Shown in pieces: positions 62,584 to 63,305 of a stretch of DNA of 63,305 bases. The notes below the pieces were generated by a model. That model was not told where the DNA came from. It did not search any database and saw only the letters and a list, made by a program, of their open reading frames with translations. The stretch is from Candidatus Limnocylindria bacterium (GTDB lineage Bacteria > Desulfobacterota > Binatia > DP-6), in NCBI GenBank assembly GCA_035559675.1, contig DATMAZ010000092.1, positions 1 through 63,305 on the forward strand. The letters run 5' to 3'. The translations under genes and the position numbers were made by a program. Within the stretch, counting starts at the first letter, position 1, and each line of letters starts with the position of its first letter.

Positions 62584-63305
62584 CGCTCTCCGCGCGCGGC
62601 GGCCGCGGCACGCGGATCGCCCACCGTTCCGGTGGGCGCGCTGTCGCGGAGGCTCGGGTAGAAGAGCGCCTGCGCGTCGGCCGCCGGCTGCGTGTAGCCG
62701 GCGGCCAGCGCCGTGGCGTTCACGGCGCCCGGCCGGAGCGCGAGCATGATCGAGGTCTCGATCTCGCCCGCGTGGTGGCCCGCCGCCTCGGGTGCTACGC
62801 CGAGCGCGGCGGCCGTTTGGTGCAGCGCCGCGGTGAGCGCATCGAGGTCGGTGAACGCCGTCATTTGCATCGGCGCCGCCGCCTCGCAGAGTGCGGGCAG
62901 CGCCGCCGCCAGCGCCGCGCAGTTGCCGCCGTGGGCCGAGAACACGAAGGCGCGGGCGAAGCCGTGCGCCCGCAGCGAGCGCACGAGATCGGTGAGGAGC
63001 GCGGCAAGCGTGCCGGCGGCCACGTCGAGCGTCCCCGGAAACGCCATGTGCTCGCTGGCGCAGCCCAGCGCGACCACGGGACACTGGATCGCCTCCTCGA
63101 CACGGGCGCAGAAGCGCTCGGCGAGCGCCTCGGCGATCAGCGTGTCGGTCGCCAGCGGCAGATGCGGCCCGTGCTGCTCGGTGGAGCCGAGCGGCACGAC
63201 GGCGGTCCGCGGCGCGGTGGCGAGCAGCCGCTCGACCTCGGTCCACGCCAGACGCCCGAGGCGGCGGGCGGTCGGCAATGCGCCGTCAGCGGCGGTCGCT
63301 GGCAC
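62520..63305 (-). CDS. Creatininase (creatinine amidohydrolase) family protein, possibly 5'-partial at the window edge
   Basis: VVPLGSTEQHGPHLPLATD, SAHGGN, HAGEIETS, GDP. The frame reaches the last base of the window (GTG at 63305). Confidence 0.8.
   Translation of the reverse strand: MPATAADGALPTARRLGRLAWTEVERLLATAPRTAVVPLGSTEQHGPHLPLATDTLIAEALAERFCARVEEAIQCPVVALGCASEHMAFPGTLDVAAGTLAALLTDLVRSLRAHGFARAFVFSAHGGNCAALAAALPALCEAAAPMQMTAFTDLDALTAALHQTAAALGVAPEAAGHHAGEIETSIMLALRPGAVNATALAAGYTQPAADAQALFYPSLRDSAPTGTVGDPRAAAAARGERYLTAWVELLVAAYRGEKNRQ

Overview
This is a 63.3-kb bacterial chromosomal window that is very GC-rich (by eye about 70%) and gene-dense. It holds about 60 protein genes and one tRNA. 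I saw no rRNA, no CRISPR array, and no recognisable transposase, integrase or phage gene. The GC content fills all six frames with long Arg/Ala/Gly/Pro-rich pseudo-ORFs. I therefore called genes only where the translation shows family motifs, a membrane or signal-peptide architecture, or tight operon coupling; ATGA, GTGA and TGATG stop-start overlaps are common here.

Gene order, left to right:
- RND-like membrane protein (partial).
- A Cys-type formate dehydrogenase catalytic subunit in an operon with sulfhydrogenase/AsrAB-like FeS and FAD-NAD(P) subunits.
- Zinc-ribbon protein and a CBS protein.
- A PIMT/erythromycin-esterase fusion.
- A lipid head-group trio: EEP phosphoesterase, CDP-alcohol phosphatidyltransferase and a Tam41-like nucleotidyltransferase.
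- Phasin-like protein.
- An MBOAT-HlyD-ABC-ABC2 operon behind tRNA-Ala(CGC).
- ZIP transporter and pfkA.
- Thioredoxin-fold protein, dksA, larC, a Thr-type sulfatase-fold enzyme and a BI-1 family protein.
- bioF-bioA with a BirA-type operator abutting radA.
- An envelope glycosylation locus: YfhO-like protein, Alg5/GtrB-like GT2, ArnT/PMT-like GT-C, a third unclassified polytopic protein and a methyltransferase. A 160-bp direct duplication in this locus brackets about 6.5 kb. That segment includes a 3-kb stretch of gene remnants (LMW-PTP, M48 peptidase, PIN toxin, GT2 5' end), an intact GST and a small-ORF/nucleotidyltransferase pair.
- Esterase, ppiD, mreBCD-mrdA-rodA and trxA.
- A secreted S1 protease with PPC and Cys-rich repeats.
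- Two hsp20 genes and a PKD lipoprotein.
- A P450-amidohydrolase-Cys-rich secreted protein operon.
- A DASS transporter with MgtC/DUF4010, then an HCCA-isomerase-like DsbA protein.
- DUF748, DUF3089 and several secreted or membrane proteins with no family assignment.
- Creatininase-family protein (partial).

The gene content (MreBCD/PBP2/RodA, PpiD, HlyD, DksA) suggests a rod-shaped diderm. The CxDGNxCT-type Cys repeats are reminiscent of Myxococcota/deltaproteobacteria-like lineages, but that is inference only.

The most interesting items are:
- the duplicated GT2 5' module with its potentially excisable 6.5-kb insert;
- the glycosylation locus with three GT-C-like proteins;
- the bacterial Tam41-like/CDP-alcohol transferase pair;
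- the FDH-HydBG-like operon;
- a shared uncharacterised secreted beta-domain;
- a 14-Cys secreted protein.
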